From: Eledone cirrhosa | Lineage: Eukaryota | Length of the DNA: 64,000 nt | Reading direction: 5' to 3' | Assembly (NCBI GenBank): GCA_964016885.1 | Contig: OZ024743.1 | Coordinates: 186,062,001 to 186,126,000 of the forward strand | Shown here: in pieces, positions 46,501 through 62,500 of the stretch | How positions within the stretch are numbered: the first letter of the stretch is position 1 | How the letters are laid out: every line of letters begins with the position of its first letter | Made by a program: the position numbers and the translations under genes | The notes under the pieces: model-generated | What the model was told of the DNA's origin: nothing | Database searches by the model: none | The model's input: the letters and a program-made list of their open reading frames with translations, nothing else

Positions 46501-47870
46501 AACAGTCTTATCCCACTACATTACTATCCTACAACAGTCTTATCCCACTACATTACTATCCTACAACAGTCTTATCCCACTACATTACTATTCTACTTAA
46601 GTCTTATTCCACTACATTACTATCCTACAACAGTCTTATCCCACTACATTACTATCCTACAACAGTATTATCCCACTACATTACTATCCTACAACAGTCT
46701 TATCCCACTACATTACTATTCTACAACAGTCTTATTCCACTACATTACTATTCTACTTAAGTCTTATCCCACTACATTACTATCCTACAACAGTCTTATC
46801 CCACTACATTACTATCCTACAACAGTCTTATCCCACTACATTACTATCCTACAACAGTCTTATCCCACTACATTACCATTCTACTTAAGTCTTATCCCAC
46901 TACATTACTATCCTACTTAAGTCTTATACCACTACATTACTATCCTACAACAGTCTTATCCCACTACATTACTATCCTACAACAGTCTTATCCCACTACA
47001 TTACTATTCTACTTAAGTCTTATTCCACTACATTACTATCCTACAACAGTCTTATCCCACTACATTACTATCCTACAACAGTCTTATCCCACTACATTAC
47101 TATCCTACAACAGTCTTATCCCACTACATTACTATTCTACAACAGTCTTATTCCACTACATTACTATTCTACTTAAGTCTTATTCCACTACATTACTATC
47201 CTACAACAGTCTTATCCCACTACATTACTATCCTACAACAGTCTTATCCCACTACATTACTATCCTACAACAGTCTTATCCCACTACATTACTATTCTAC
47301 TTAAGTCTTATCCCACTACATTACTATTCTACTTAAGTCTTATCCCACTACATTACTATCCCACTACCTAACTATTCTACTTAAGTCTTATCCCACTACA
47401 TTACTATCCTACAACAGTCTTATCCCACCACATTACTATTCTACTTAAGTCTTATCCCACTACATTACTATTCTACTTAAGTCTTATCCCACTACATTAC
47501 TATCCTACAACAGTCTTATCCCACCACATTACTATTCTACTTAAGTCTTATCCCACTACATTACTATTCTACTTAAGTCTTATCCCACTACATTACTATC
47601 CCACTACATTACTATTCTACTTAAGTCTTATCCCACTACTTTACTATTCTACTTAAGTCTTATCCCACTACATTACTATCCTACAACAGTCTTATCCCAC
47701 TACATTACTATTCTACTTAAGTCTTATTCCACTACATTACTATTCTACTTAAGTCTTATCCCACTACATTACTATCCTACTTAAGTCTTATCCCACTACA
47801 TTACTATCCTACAACAGTCTTATCCCACTACATTACTATCCTACAACAGTCTTATCCCACTACATTACTA
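22510..47870 (+). repeat. 12,608-bp (394-monomer) near-identical tandem duplication, junction at about 35110-35165
   Basis: ORF-track starts pair at +12,608 (22903/35511, 25222/37830, 26359/38967, 28251/40859, 29318/41926, 30679/43287). Variants I saw only in these two copies: 'catttct' 25498/38106, 'ccgacttaag' 30401/43009, 'caatagtcct' 32550/45159 (+12,609 after a 1-bp insertion). Confidence 0.9.
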
Positions 47871-50599
47871 TTCTACTTAAGTCTTATTCCACTACATTAC
47901 TATTCTACTTAAGTCTTATCCCACTACATTACTATCCTACTTAAGTCTTATCCCACTACATTACTATTCTACTTAAGTCTTATCCCACTACATTACTATC
48001 CTACTTAAGTCTTATCCCACTACATTACTATTCTACTTAAGTCTTATCCCACTACATTACTATCCTACAACAGTCTTATCCCACTACATTACTATTCTAC
48101 TTAAGTCTTATCCCACTACATTAATGTCCTACAACAGTCTTATCCCACTGCATTACTATTCTACAACAGTCTTATCCCACTACATTACTATCCTACAACA
48201 GTCTTATCCCACTACATTACTATCCTACTTAAGTCTTATCCCACTACATTACTATCCTACAACAGTCTTATCCCACTACATTACTATTCTACTTAAGTCT
48301 TATCCCACTACATTACTATCCTACAACAGTCTTATCCCACTACATTACTATTCTACAACAGTCTTATCCCACTACATTACTATCCTACAACAGTCTTATC
48401 CCACTACATTACTATCCTACAACAGTCTTATCCCACTACATTACTATCCTACCACAGTCTTATCCCACTACATTACTATTCTACAACAGTCTTATCCCAC
48501 TACATTACTATCCTACAACAGTCTTATTCCACTACATTACTATTCTACTTAAGTCTTATCCCACTACATTACTATTCTACAACAGTCTTATCCCACTACA
48601 TTACTATTCTACAACAGTCTTATCCCACTACATTACTATCCTACAACAGTCTTATCCCACTACATTACTATCCTACAACAGTCTTATCCCACTACATTAC
48701 TATCCTACCACAGTCTTATCCCACTACATTACTATTCTACAACAGTCTTATTCCACTACATTACTATCCTACAACAGTCTTATCCCTCTACATTACTATC
48801 CTACAACAGTCTTATCCCACTACATTACTATCCTACAACAGTCTTATCCCACTACATTACTATCCTACTTAAGTCTTATTCCACTACATTACTATCCTAG
48901 AACAGTCTTATTCCACTACATTACTATCCTACTTAAGTCTTATCCCACTACATTACTATCCTACTTAAGTCTTATTCCTCTATATTACTATCCTACAACA
49001 GTCTTATTCCACTACATTACTATCCTACAATAGTCTTATCCCACTACATTACTATTCTACTTAAGTCTTATTCCACTACATTACTATTCTACTTAAGTCT
49101 TATCCCACTACATTACTATCCTACAACAGTCTTATCCCACTACATTACTATTCTACTTAAGTCTTATCCCACTACATTACTATCCTACTTATGTCTTATC
49201 CCACTACATTACTATTCTACTTAAGTCTTATCTCACTACATTACTATCCTACAACAGTCTTATCCCACTACATTACTATTCTACTTAAGTCTTATCCCAC
49301 TACATTACTATTCTACTTAAGTCTTATCCCACTACATTACTATCCTACAACAGTCTTATCCCACTACATTACTATTCTACTTAAGTCTTATCCCACTACA
49401 TTACTATCCTACTTATGTCTTATCCCACTACATTACTATTCTACTTAAGTCTTATCTCACTACATTACTATCCTACAACAGTCCTATCCCACTACATTAC
49501 TATTCTGCTTAAGTCTTATCCCACTACATTACTATTCTACTTAAGTCTTATCCCACTACATTACTATCCTACAACAGTCTTATCCCACTACATTACTACT
49601 CTACTTAAGTCTTATCCCACTACATTACTATTCTACTTAAGTCTTATCCCACTACTTTACTATCCTACTTAAGTCTTATCCCACTACATTACTATCCTAC
49701 AACAGTCTTATCCCACTACATTACTATCCTACAACAGTCTTATCCCACTACATTACTATTCTACTTAAATCTTATTCCACTACATTACTATCCTACTTAA
49801 GTCTTATCCCACTACATTACTATCCTACTTAAGTCTTATCCCACTATATTACTATCCTACAACAGTCTTATCCCACTACATTACTATCCTACTTAAGTCT
49901 TATCCCACTACATTACTATCCTACTTAAGTCTTATCCCACTACATTACTATCCTACAACAGTCTTATCCCACTACATTACTATCCTACAACAGTCTTATC
50001 CCACTACATTACTATTCTACTTAAGTCTTATCCTACTACATTACTATCCTACTTAAGTCATATCCCACTACATTACTATCCTACTCAAGTCTTATCCCAC
50101 TACATTACTATTCTACTTAAGTCTTATCCCACTACATTACTATCCTACTTAAGTCTTATCCCACTACATTACTATCCTACAACAGTCTTATCCCACTACA
50201 TTACTATCCTACTTAAGTCTTATCCCACTACATTACTATCCTACAACAGTCTTATTCCACTACATTACTATCCTACTTAAGTCTTATCCTACTACATTAC
50301 TATTCTACTTAAGTCTTATCCCACTACATTACTATCCTACAACAGTCTTATCCCACTACATTACTATCCTACTTATGTCTTATCCCACTACATTACTATT
50401 TTACTTAAGTCTTATCCCACTACATTACTATTCTACTTAAGTCTTATTACACTACATTACTATCCTACTTAAGTCTTATCCCACTACATTACTATTCTAC
50501 TTAAGTCTTATCCCACTACATTACTATTCTACTTAAGTCTTATTCCACTACATGACTATCCTACTTAAGTCTTATCCCACTACATTACTATTCTACTTA

Positions 50600-53500
50600 A
50601 GTCTTATCCCACTACATTACTATCCTACAACAGTCTTATCCCACTACATTACTATTCTACTTAAGTCTTATCCCACTACATTACTATTCTTCTTAAGTCT
50701 TATCCCACTACATTACTATCCTACAACAGTCTTATCCGACTACATTACCATTCTACTTAAGTCTTATCCCACTACATTACTATCCTACTTAAGTCTTATA
50801 CCACTACATTACTATCCTACAACAGTCTTATCCCACTACATTACTATCCTACAACAGTCTTATCCCACTACATTACTATCCTACAACAGTCTTATCCCAC
50901 TTCATTACTATTCTACTTAAGTCTTATTCCACTACATTACTATCCTACAACAGTCTTATCCCACTACATTACTATCCTACAACAGTCTTATCCCACTACA
51001 TTACTATCCTACAACAGTCTTATCCCACTACATTACTATTCTACAACAGTCTTATCCCACTACATTACTATTCTACAACAGTCTTATTCCACTACATTAC
51101 TATTCTACTTAAGTCTTATCCCACTACATTACTATCCTACAACAGTCTTATCCCACTACATTACTATCCTACAACAGTCTTATCCCACTACATTACTATC
51201 CTACAACAGTCTTATCCCACTACATTACCATTCTACTTAGGTCTTATCCCACTACATTACTATCCTACTTAAGTCTTATACCACTACATTACTATCCTAC
51301 AACAGTCTTATCCCACTACATTACTATCCTACAACAGTCTTATCCCACTACATTACTATTCTACTTAAGTCTTATTCCACTACATTACTATCCTACAACA
51401 GTCTTATCCCACTACATTACTATCCTACAACAGTCTTATCCCACTACATTACTATCCTACAACAGTCTTATCCCACTACATTACTATTCTACAACAGTCT
51501 TATTCCACTACATTACTATTCTACTTAAGTCTTATTCCACTACATTACTATTCTACAACAGTCTTATCCCACTACATTACTATCCTACAACAGTCTTATC
51601 CCACTACATTACTATCCTACAACAGTCTTATCCCACTACATTACTATTCTACTTAAGTCTTATCCCACTACATTACTATTCTACTTAAGTCTTATCCCAC
51701 TACATTACTATCCCACTACCTAACTATTCTACTTAAGTCTTATCCCACTACATTACTATCCTACAACAGTCTTATCCCACCACATTACTATTCTACTTAA
51801 GTCTTATCCCACTACATTACTATTCTACTTAAGTCTTATCCCACTACATTACTATCCTACAACAGTCTTATCCCACCACATTACTATTCTACTTAAGTCT
51901 TATCCCACTACATTACTATTCTACTTAAGTCTTATCCCACTACATTACTATCCCACTACATTACTATTCTACTTAAGTCTTATCCCACTACTTTACTATT
52001 CTACTTAAGTCTTATCCCACTACATTACTATCCTACAACAGTCTTATCCCACTACATTACTATTCTACTTAAGTCTTATTCCACTACATTACTATTCTAC
52101 TTAAGTCTTATCCCACTACATTACTATCCTACTTAAGTCTTATCCCACTACATTACTATCCTACAACAGTCTTATCCCACTACATTACTATCCTACAACA
52201 GTCTTATCCCACTACATTACTATTCTACTTAAGTCTTATTCCACTACATTACTATTCTACTTAAGTCTTATCCCACTACATTACTATCCTACTTAAGTCT
52301 TATCCCACTACATTACTATTCTACTTAAGTCTTATCCCACTACATTACTATCCTACTTAAGTCTTATCCCACTACATTACTATTCTACTTAAGTCTTATC
52401 CCACTACATTACTATCCTACAACAGTCTTATCCCACTACATTACTATTCTACTTAAGTCTTATCCCACTACATTACTGTCCTACAACAGTCTTATCCCAC
52501 TGCATTACTATTCTACAACAGTCTTATCCCACTACATTACTATCCTACAACAGTCTTATCCCACTACATTACTATCCTACTTAAGTCTTATCCCACTACA
52601 TTACTATCCTACAACAGTCTTATCCCACTACATTACTATTCTACTTAAGTCTTATCCCACTACATTACTATCCTACAACAGTCTTATCCCACTACATTAC
52701 TATTCTACAACAGTCTTATCCCACTACATTACTATCCTACAACAGTCTTATCCCACTACATTACTATCCTACAACAGTCTTATCCCACTACATTACTATC
52801 CTACCACAGTCTTATCCCACTACATTACTATTCTACAACAGTCTTATCCCACTACATTACTATCCTACAACAGTCTTATTCCACTACATTACTATTCTAC
52901 TTAAGTCTTATCCCACTACATTACTATTCTACAACAGTCTTATCCCACTACATTACTATTCTACAACAGTCTTATCCCACTACATTACTATCCTACAACA
53001 GTCTTATCCCACTACATTACTATCCTACAACAGTCTTATCCCACTACATTACTATCCTACCACAGTCTTATCCCACTACATTACTATTCTACAACAGTCT
53101 TATTCCACTACATTACTATCCTACAACAGTCTTATCCCACTACATTACTATCCTACAACAGTCTTATCCCACTACATTACTATCCTACAACAGTCTTATC
53201 CCACTACATTACTATCCTACTTAAGTCTTATTCCACTACATTACTATCCTAGAACAGTCTTATTCCACTACATTACTATCCTACTTAAGTCTTATCCCAC
53301 TACATTACTATCCTACTTAAGTCTTATTCCTCTATATTACTATCCTACAACAGTCTTATTCCACTACATTACTATCCTACAATAGTCTTATCCCACTACA
53401 TTACTATTCTACTTAAGTCTTATTCCACTACATTACTATTCTACTTAAGTCTTATCCCACTACATTACTATCCTACAACAGTCTTATCCCACTACATTAC

Positions 53501-56500
53501 TATTCTACTTAAGTCTTATCCCACTACATTACTATCCTACTTATGTCTTATCCCACTACATTACTATTCTACTTAAGTCTTATCTCACTACATTACTATC
53601 CTACAACAGTCTTATCCCACTACATTACTATTCTACTTAAGTCTTATCCCACTACATTACTATTCTACTTAAGTCTTATCCCACTACATTACTATCCTAC
53701 AACAGTCTTATCCCACTACATTACTATTCTACTTAAGTCTTATCCCACTACATTACTATTCTACTTAAGTCTTATCCCACTACTTTACTATCCTACTTAA
53801 GTCTTATCCCACTACATTACTATCCTACAACAGCCTTATCCCACTACATTACTATCCTACAACAGTCTTATCCCACTACATTACTATTCTACTTAAGTCT
53901 TATTCCACTACATTACTATCCTACTTAAGTCTTATCCCACTACATTACTATCCTACTTAAGTCTTATCCCACTATATTACTATCCTACTTAAGTCTTATC
54001 CCACTACATTACTATCCTACTTAAGTCTTATCCCACTACATTACTATCCTACTTAAGTCTTATCCCACTACATTACTATCCTACAACAGTCTTATCCCAC
54101 TACATTACTATCCTACAACAGTCTTATCCCACTACATTACTATTCTACTTAAGTCTTATCCTACTACATTACTATCCTACTTAAGTCATATCCCACTACA
54201 TTACTATCCTACTCAAGTCTTATCCCACTACATTACTATTCTACTTAAGTCTTATCCCACTACATTACTATCCTACTTAAGTCTTATCCCACTACATTAC
54301 TATCCTACAACAGTCTTATCCCACTACATTACTATCCTACTTAAGTCTTATCCCACTACATTACTATCCTACAACAGTCTTATTCCACTACATTACTATC
54401 CTACTTAAGTCTTATCCTACTACATTACTATTCTACTTAAGTCTTATCCCACTACATTACTATCCTACAACAGTCTTATCCCACTACATTACTATCCTAC
54501 TTAAGTCTTATCCCACTACATTACTATTTTACTTAAGTCTTATCCCACTACATTACTATTCTACTTAAGTCTTATTACACTACATTACTATCCTACTTAA
54601 GTCTTATCCCACTACATTACTATTCTACTTAAGTCTTATCCCACTACATTACTATTCTACTTAAGTCTTATTCCACTACATGACTATCCTACAACAGTCT
54701 TATCCCACTACATTACTATTCTACTTAAGTCTTATCCCACTACATTACTATCCTACAACAGTCTTATCCCACTACATTACTATTCTACTTAAGTCTTATC
54801 CCACTACATTACTATTCTTCTTAAGTCTTATCCCACTACATTACTATCCTACAACAGTCTTATCCCACTACATTACCATTCTACTTAAGTCTTATCCCAC
54901 TACATTACTATCCTACTTAAGTCTTATACCACTACATTACTATCCTACAACAGTCTTATCCCACTACATTACTATCCTACAACAGTCTTATCCCACTACA
55001 TTACTATCCTACAACAGTCTTATCCCACTACATTACTATTCTACTTAAGTCTTATTCCACTACATTACTATCCTACAACAGTCTTATCCCACTACATTAC
55101 TATCCTACAACAGTCTTATCCCACTACATTACTATCCTACAACAGTCTTATCCCACTACATTACTATTCTACAACAGTCTTATTCCACTACATTACTATT
55201 CTACTTAAGTCTTATTCCACTACATTACTATCCTACAACAGTCTTATCCCACTACATTACTATCCTACAACAGTCTTATCCCACTACATTACTATTCTAC
55301 TTAAGTCTTATCCCACTACATTACTATTCTACTTAAGTCTTATCCCACTACATTACTATCCCACTACCTAACTATTCTACTTAAGTCTTATCCCACTACA
55401 TTACTATCCTACAACAGTCTTATCCCACTACATTACTATTCTTCTTAAGTCTTATCCCACTACATTACTATCCTACAACAGTCTTATCCCACTACATTAC
55501 TATCCTACTTAAGTCTTATCCCACTACATTACTATCCTACAACAGTCTTATTCCACTACATTACTATCCTACTTAAGTCTTATCCTACTACATTACTATT
55601 CTACTTAAGTCTTATCCCACTACATTACTATCCTACAACAGTCTTATCCCACTACATTACTATCCTACTTAAGTCTTATCCCACTACATTACTATTTTAC
55701 TTAAGTCTTATCCCACTACATTACTATTCTACTTAAGTCTTATCCCACTACATTACTATTCTACTTAAGTCTTATTCCACTACATGACTATCCTACTTAA
55801 GTCTTATCCCACTACATTACTATTCTACTTAAGTCTTATCCCACTACATTACTATCCTACAACAGTCTTATCCCACTACATTACTATTCTACTTAAGTCT
55901 TATCCCACTACATTACTATTCTTCTTAAGTCTTATCCCACTACATTACTATCCTACAACAGTCTTATCCCACTACATTACCATTCTACTTAAGTCTTATC
56001 CCACTACATTACTATCCTACTTAAGTCTTATACCACTACATTACTATCCTACAACAGTCTTATCCCACTACATTACTATCCTACAACAGTCTTATCCCAC
56101 TACATTACTATCCTACAACAGTCTTATCCCACTTCATTACTATTCTACTTAAGTCTTATTCCACTACATTACTATCCTACAACAGTCTTATCCCACTACA
56201 TTACTATCCTACAACAGTCTTATCCCACTACATTACTATCCTACAACAGTCTTATCCCACTACATTACTATTCTACAACAGTCTTATTCCACTACATTAC
56301 TATTCTACTTAAGTCTTATCCCACTACATTACTATCCTACAACAGTCTTATCCCACTACATTACTATCCTACAACAGTCTTATCCCACTACATTACTATC
56401 CTACAACAGTCTTATCCCACTACATTACTATCCTACAACAGTCTTATCCCACTACATTACCATTCTACTTAAGTCTTATCCCACTACATTACTATCCTAC

Positions 56501-59500
56501 TTAAGTCTTATACCACTACATTACTATCCTACAACAGTCTTATCCCACTACATTACTATCCTACAACAGTCTTATCCCACTACATTACTATTCTACTTAA
56601 GTCTTATTCCACTACATTACTATCCTACAACAGTCTTATCCCACTACATTACTATCCTACAACAGTCTTATCCCACTACATTACTATCCTACAACAGTCT
56701 TATCCCACTACATTACTATTCTACAACAGTCTTATTCCACTACATTACTATTCTACTTAAGTCTTATTCCACTACATTACTATTCTACAACAGTCTTATC
56801 CCACTACATTACTATCCTACAACAGTCTTATCCCACTACATTACTATCCTACAACAGTCTTATCCCACTACATTACTATTCTACTTAAGTCTTATCCCAC
56901 TACATTACTATTCTACTTAAGTCTTATCCCACTACATTACTATCCCTCTACCTAACTATTCTACTTAAGTCTTATCCCACTACATTACTATCCTACAACA
57001 GTCTTATCCCACCACATTACTATTCTACTTAAGTCTTATCCCACTACATTACTATTCTACTTAAGTCTTATCCCACTACATTACTATCCTACAACAGTCT
57101 TATCCCACCACATTACTATTCTACTTAAGTCTTATCCCACTACATTACTATTCTACTTAAGTCTTATCCCACTACATTACTATCCCACTACATTACTATT
57201 CTACTTAAGTCTTATCCCACTACTTTACTATTCTACTTAAGTCTTATCCCACTACATTACTATCCTACAACAGTCTTATCCCACTACATTACTATTCTAC
57301 TTAAGTCTTATTCCACTACATTACTATTCTACTTAAGTCTTATCCCACTACATTACTATCCTACTTAAGTCTTATCCCACTACATTACTATCCTACAACA
57401 GTCTTATCCCACTACATTACTATCCTACAACAGTCTTATCCCACTACATTACTATTCTACTTAAGTCTTATTCCACTACATTACTATTCTACTTAAGTCT
57501 TATCCCACTACATTACTATCCTACTTAAGTCTTATCCCACTACATTACTATTCTACTTAAGTCTTATCCCACTACATTACTATCCTACTTAAGTCTTATC
57601 CCACTACATTACTATTCTACTTAAGTCTTATCCCACTACATTACTATCCTACAACAGTCTTATCCCACTACATTACTATTCTACTTAAGTCTTATCCCAC
57701 TACATTACTGTCCTACAACAGTCTTATCCCACTGCATTACTATTCTACAACAGTCTTATCCCACTACATTACTATCCTACAACAGTCTTATCCCACTACA
57801 TTACTATCCTACTTAAGTCTTATCCCACTACATTACTATCCTACAACAGTCTTATCCCACTACATTACTATTCTACTTAAGTCTTATCCCACTACATTAC
57901 TATCCTACAACAGTCTTATCCCACTACATTACTATTCTACAACAGTCTTATCCCACTACATTACTATCCTACAACAGTCTTATCCCACTACATTACTATC
58001 CTACAACAGTCTTATCCCACTACATTACTATCCTACCACAGTCTTATCCCACTACATTACTATTCTACAACAGTCTTATCCCACTACATTACTATCCTAC
58101 AACAGTCTTATCCCACTACATTACTATCCTACAACAGTCTTATTCCTCTACATTACTATTCTACTTAAGTCTTATCCCACTACATTACTATTCTACAACA
58201 GTCTTATCCCACTACATTACTATTCTACAACAGTCTTATCCCACTACATTACTATCCTACAACAGTCTTATCCCACTACATTACTATCCTACAACAGTCT
58301 TATCCCACTACATTACTATCCTACCACAGTCTTATCCCACTACATTACTATTCTACAACAGTCTTATTCCACTACATTACTATCCTACAACAGTCTTATC
58401 CCACTACATTACTATCCTACAACAGTCTTATCCCACTACATTACTATCCTACAACAGTCTTATCCCACTACATTACTATCCTACTTAAGTCTTATTCCAC
58501 TACATTACTATCCTAGAACAGTCTTATTCCACTACATTACTATCCTACTTAAGTCTTATCCCACTACATTACTATCCTACTTAAGTCTTATTCCTCTATA
58601 TTACTATCCTACAACAGTCTTATTCCACTACATTACTATCCTACAATAGTCTTATCCCACTACATTACTATTCTACTTAAGTCTTATTCCACTACATTAC
58701 TATTCTACTTAAGTCTTATCCCACTACATTACTATCCTACAACAGTCTTATCCCACTACATTACTATTCTACTTAAGTCTTATCCCACTACATTACTATC
58801 CTACTTATGTCTTATCCCACTACATTACTATTCTACTTAAGTCTTATCTCACTACATTACTATCCTACAACAGTCTTATCCCACTACATTACTATTCTAC
58901 TTAAGTCTTATCCCACTACATTACTATTCTACTTAAGTCTTATCCCACTACATTACTATCCTACAACAGTCTTATCCCACTACATTACTATTCTACTTAA
59001 GTCTTATCCCACTACATTACTATCCTACTTAAGTCTTATCCGACTACATTACTATCCTATAACAGTCTTATCCCACTACATTACTATCCTACAACAGTCT
59101 TATCCCACTACATTACTATCCTATAACAGTCTTATCCCACTACATTACTATTCTACTTAAGTCTTATTCCACTACATTACTATCCTACTTAAGTCTTATC
59201 CCACTACATTACTATCCTACTTAAGTCTTATCCCACTATATTACTATCCTACTTAAGTCTTATCCCACTACATTACTATCCTACTTAAGTCTTATCCCAC
59301 TACATTACTATCCTACTTAAGTCTTATCCCACTACATTACTATCCTACAACAGTCTTATCCCACTACATTACTATCCTACAACAGTCTTATCCCACTACA
59401 TTACTATTCTACTTAAGTCTTATCCTACTACATTACTATCCTACTTAAGTCATATCCCACTACATTACTATCCTACTTAAGTCTTATCCCACTACATTAC

Positions 59501-62500
59501 TATTCTACTTAAGTCTTATCCCACTACATTACTATCCTACTTAAGTCTTATCCCACTACATTACTATCCTACAACAGTCTTATCCCACTACATTACTATC
59601 CTACTTAAGTCTTATCCCACTACATTACTATCCTACAACAGTCTTATTCCACTACATTACTATCCTACTTAAGTCTTATCCTACTACATTACTATTCTAC
59701 TTAAGTCTTATCCCACTACATTACTATCCTACAACAGTCTTATCCCACTACATTACTATCCTACTTAAGTCTTATCCCACTACATTACTATTTTACTTAA
59801 GTCTTATCCCACTACCTTACTATTCTACTTAAGTCTTATTACACTACATTACTATCCTACTTAAGTCTTATCCCACTACATTACTATTCTACTTAAGTCT
59901 TATCCCACTACATTACTATTCTACTTAAGTCTTATTCCACTACATTACTATCCTACAACAGTCTTATCCCACTACATTACTATTCTACTTAAGTCTTATC
60001 CCACTACATTACTATCCTACAACAGTCTTATCCCACTGCATTACTATTCTACTTAAGTCTTATCCCACTACATTACTATTCTTCTTAAGTCTTATCCCAC
60101 TACATTACTATCCTACAACAGTCTTATCCCACTACATTACCATTCTACTTAAGTCTTATCCCACTACATTACTATCCTACTTAAGTCTTATACCACTACA
60201 TTACTATCCTACAACAGTCTTATCCCACTACATTACTATCCTACAACAGTCTTATCCCACTACATTACTATCCTCCAACAGTCTTATCCCACTACATTAC
60301 TATTCTACTTAAGTCTTATTCCACTACATTACTATCCTACAACAGTCTTATCCCACTACATTACTATCCTACAACAGTCTTATCCCACTACATTACTATC
60401 CTACAACAGTCTTATCCCACTACATTACTATTCTACAACAGTCTTATTCCACTACATTACTATTCTACTTAAGTCTTATTCCACTACATTACTATCCTAC
60501 AACAGTCTTATCCCACTACATTACTATCCTACAACAGTCTTATCCCACTACATTACTATCCTACAACAGTCTTATCCCACTACATTACTATTCTACTTAA
60601 GTCTTATCCCACTACATTACTATTCTACTTAAGTCTTATCCCACTACATTACTATCCCACTACCTAACTATTCTACTTAAGTCTTATCCCACTACATTAC
60701 TATCCTACAACAGTCTTATCCCACCACATTACTATTCTACTTAAGTCTTATCCCACTACATTACTATTCTACTTAAGTCTTATCCCACTACATTACTATC
60801 CTACAACAGTCTTATCCCACCACATTACTATTCTACTTAAGTCTTATCCCACTACATTACTATTCTACTTAAGTCTTATCCCACTACATTACTATCCCAC
60901 TACATTACTATTCTACTTAAGTCTTATCCCACTACTTTACTATTCTACTTAAGTCTTATCCCACTACATTACTATCCTACAAAAGTCTTATCCCACTACA
61001 TTACTATTCTACTTAAGTCTTATTCCACTACATTACTATCCTACAACAGTCTTATCCCACTACATTACTATTCTACTTAAGTCTTATCCCACTACATTAC
61101 TATTCTACTTAAGTCTTATCCCACTACTTTACTATCTTACTTAAGTCTTATCCCACTACATTACTATCCTACAACAGTCTTATCCCACTACATTACTATC
61201 CTACAACAGTCTTATTCCACTACATTACTATTCTACTTAAGTCTTATCCCACTACATTACTATTCTACAACAGTCTTATCCCACTACATTACTATTCTAC
61301 TTAAGTCTTATCCCACTACTTTACTATCCTACTTAAGTCTTATCCCACTACATTACTATCCTACAACAGTCTTATCCCACTACATTACTATCCTACAACA
61401 GTCTTATCCCACTACATTACTATTCTACTTAAGTCTTATTCCACTACATTACTATCCTACTTAAGTCTTATCCCACTACATTACTATCCTACTTAAGTCT
61501 TATCCCACTATATTACTATCCTACAACAGTCTTATCCCACTACATTACTATCCTACTTAAGTCTTATCCCACTACATTACTATCCTACTTAAGTCTTATC
61601 CCACTACATTACTATCCTACAACAGTCTTATCCCACTACATTACTATCCTACAACAGTCTTATCCCACTACATTACTATTCTACTTAAGTCTTATCCTAC
61701 TACATTACTATCCTACTTAAGTCATATCCCACTACATTACTATCCTACTTAAGTCTTATCCCACTACATTACTATTCTACTTAAGTCTTATCCCACTACA
61801 TTACTATCCTACTTAAGTCTTATCCCACTACATTACTATCCTACAACAGTCTTATCCCACTACATTACTATCCTACTTAAGTCTTATCCCACTACATTAC
61901 TATTCTACTTAAGTCTTATCCCACTACATTACTATCCTACAACAGTCTTATCCCACCACATTACTATTCTACTTAAGTCTTATCCCACTACATTACTATT
62001 CTACTTAAGTCTTATCCCACTACATTACTATTCTACTTAAGTCTTATCCCACTACTTTACTATTCTACTTAAGTCTTATCCCACTACATTACTATCCTAC
62101 AACAGTCTTATCCCACTACATTACTATTCTACTTAAGTCTTATTCCACTACATTACTATTCTACTTAAGTCTTATCCCACTACATTACTATCCTACTTAA
62201 GTCTTATCCCACTACATTACTATCCTACAACAGTCTTATCCCACTACATTACTATCCTACAACAGTCTTATCCCACTACATTACTATTCTACTTAAGTCT
62301 TATTCCACTACATTACTATTCTACTTAAGTCTTATCCCACTACATTACTATCCTACTTAAGTCTTATCCCACTACATTACTATTCTACTTAAGTCTTATC
62401 CCACTACATTACTATCCTACTTAAGTCTTATCCCACTACATTACTATTCTACTTAAGTCTTATCCCACTACATTACTATCCTACAACAGTCTTATCCCAC

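Larger units (their letters stand above)
6900..50600 (+). repeat. Central HOR domain: alternating modules A (4,256-4,320 bp) and B (2,944-3,456 bp) giving HORs of about 7.3-7.8 kb, with structural variants
   Basis: The module-A start marker 'cttatgtc' (the ATG of the 85-aa pseudo-ORF) is at 8646, 16358, 25222, 32486, 37830 and 45095, with spacings 7712, 8864, 7264, 5344 and 7265. All are multiples of 32 except for one 1-bp insertion. The marker 'taatgtcc' (ATG) is at 11611, 19387, 28251, 40859 and 48124. Confidence 0.92.
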
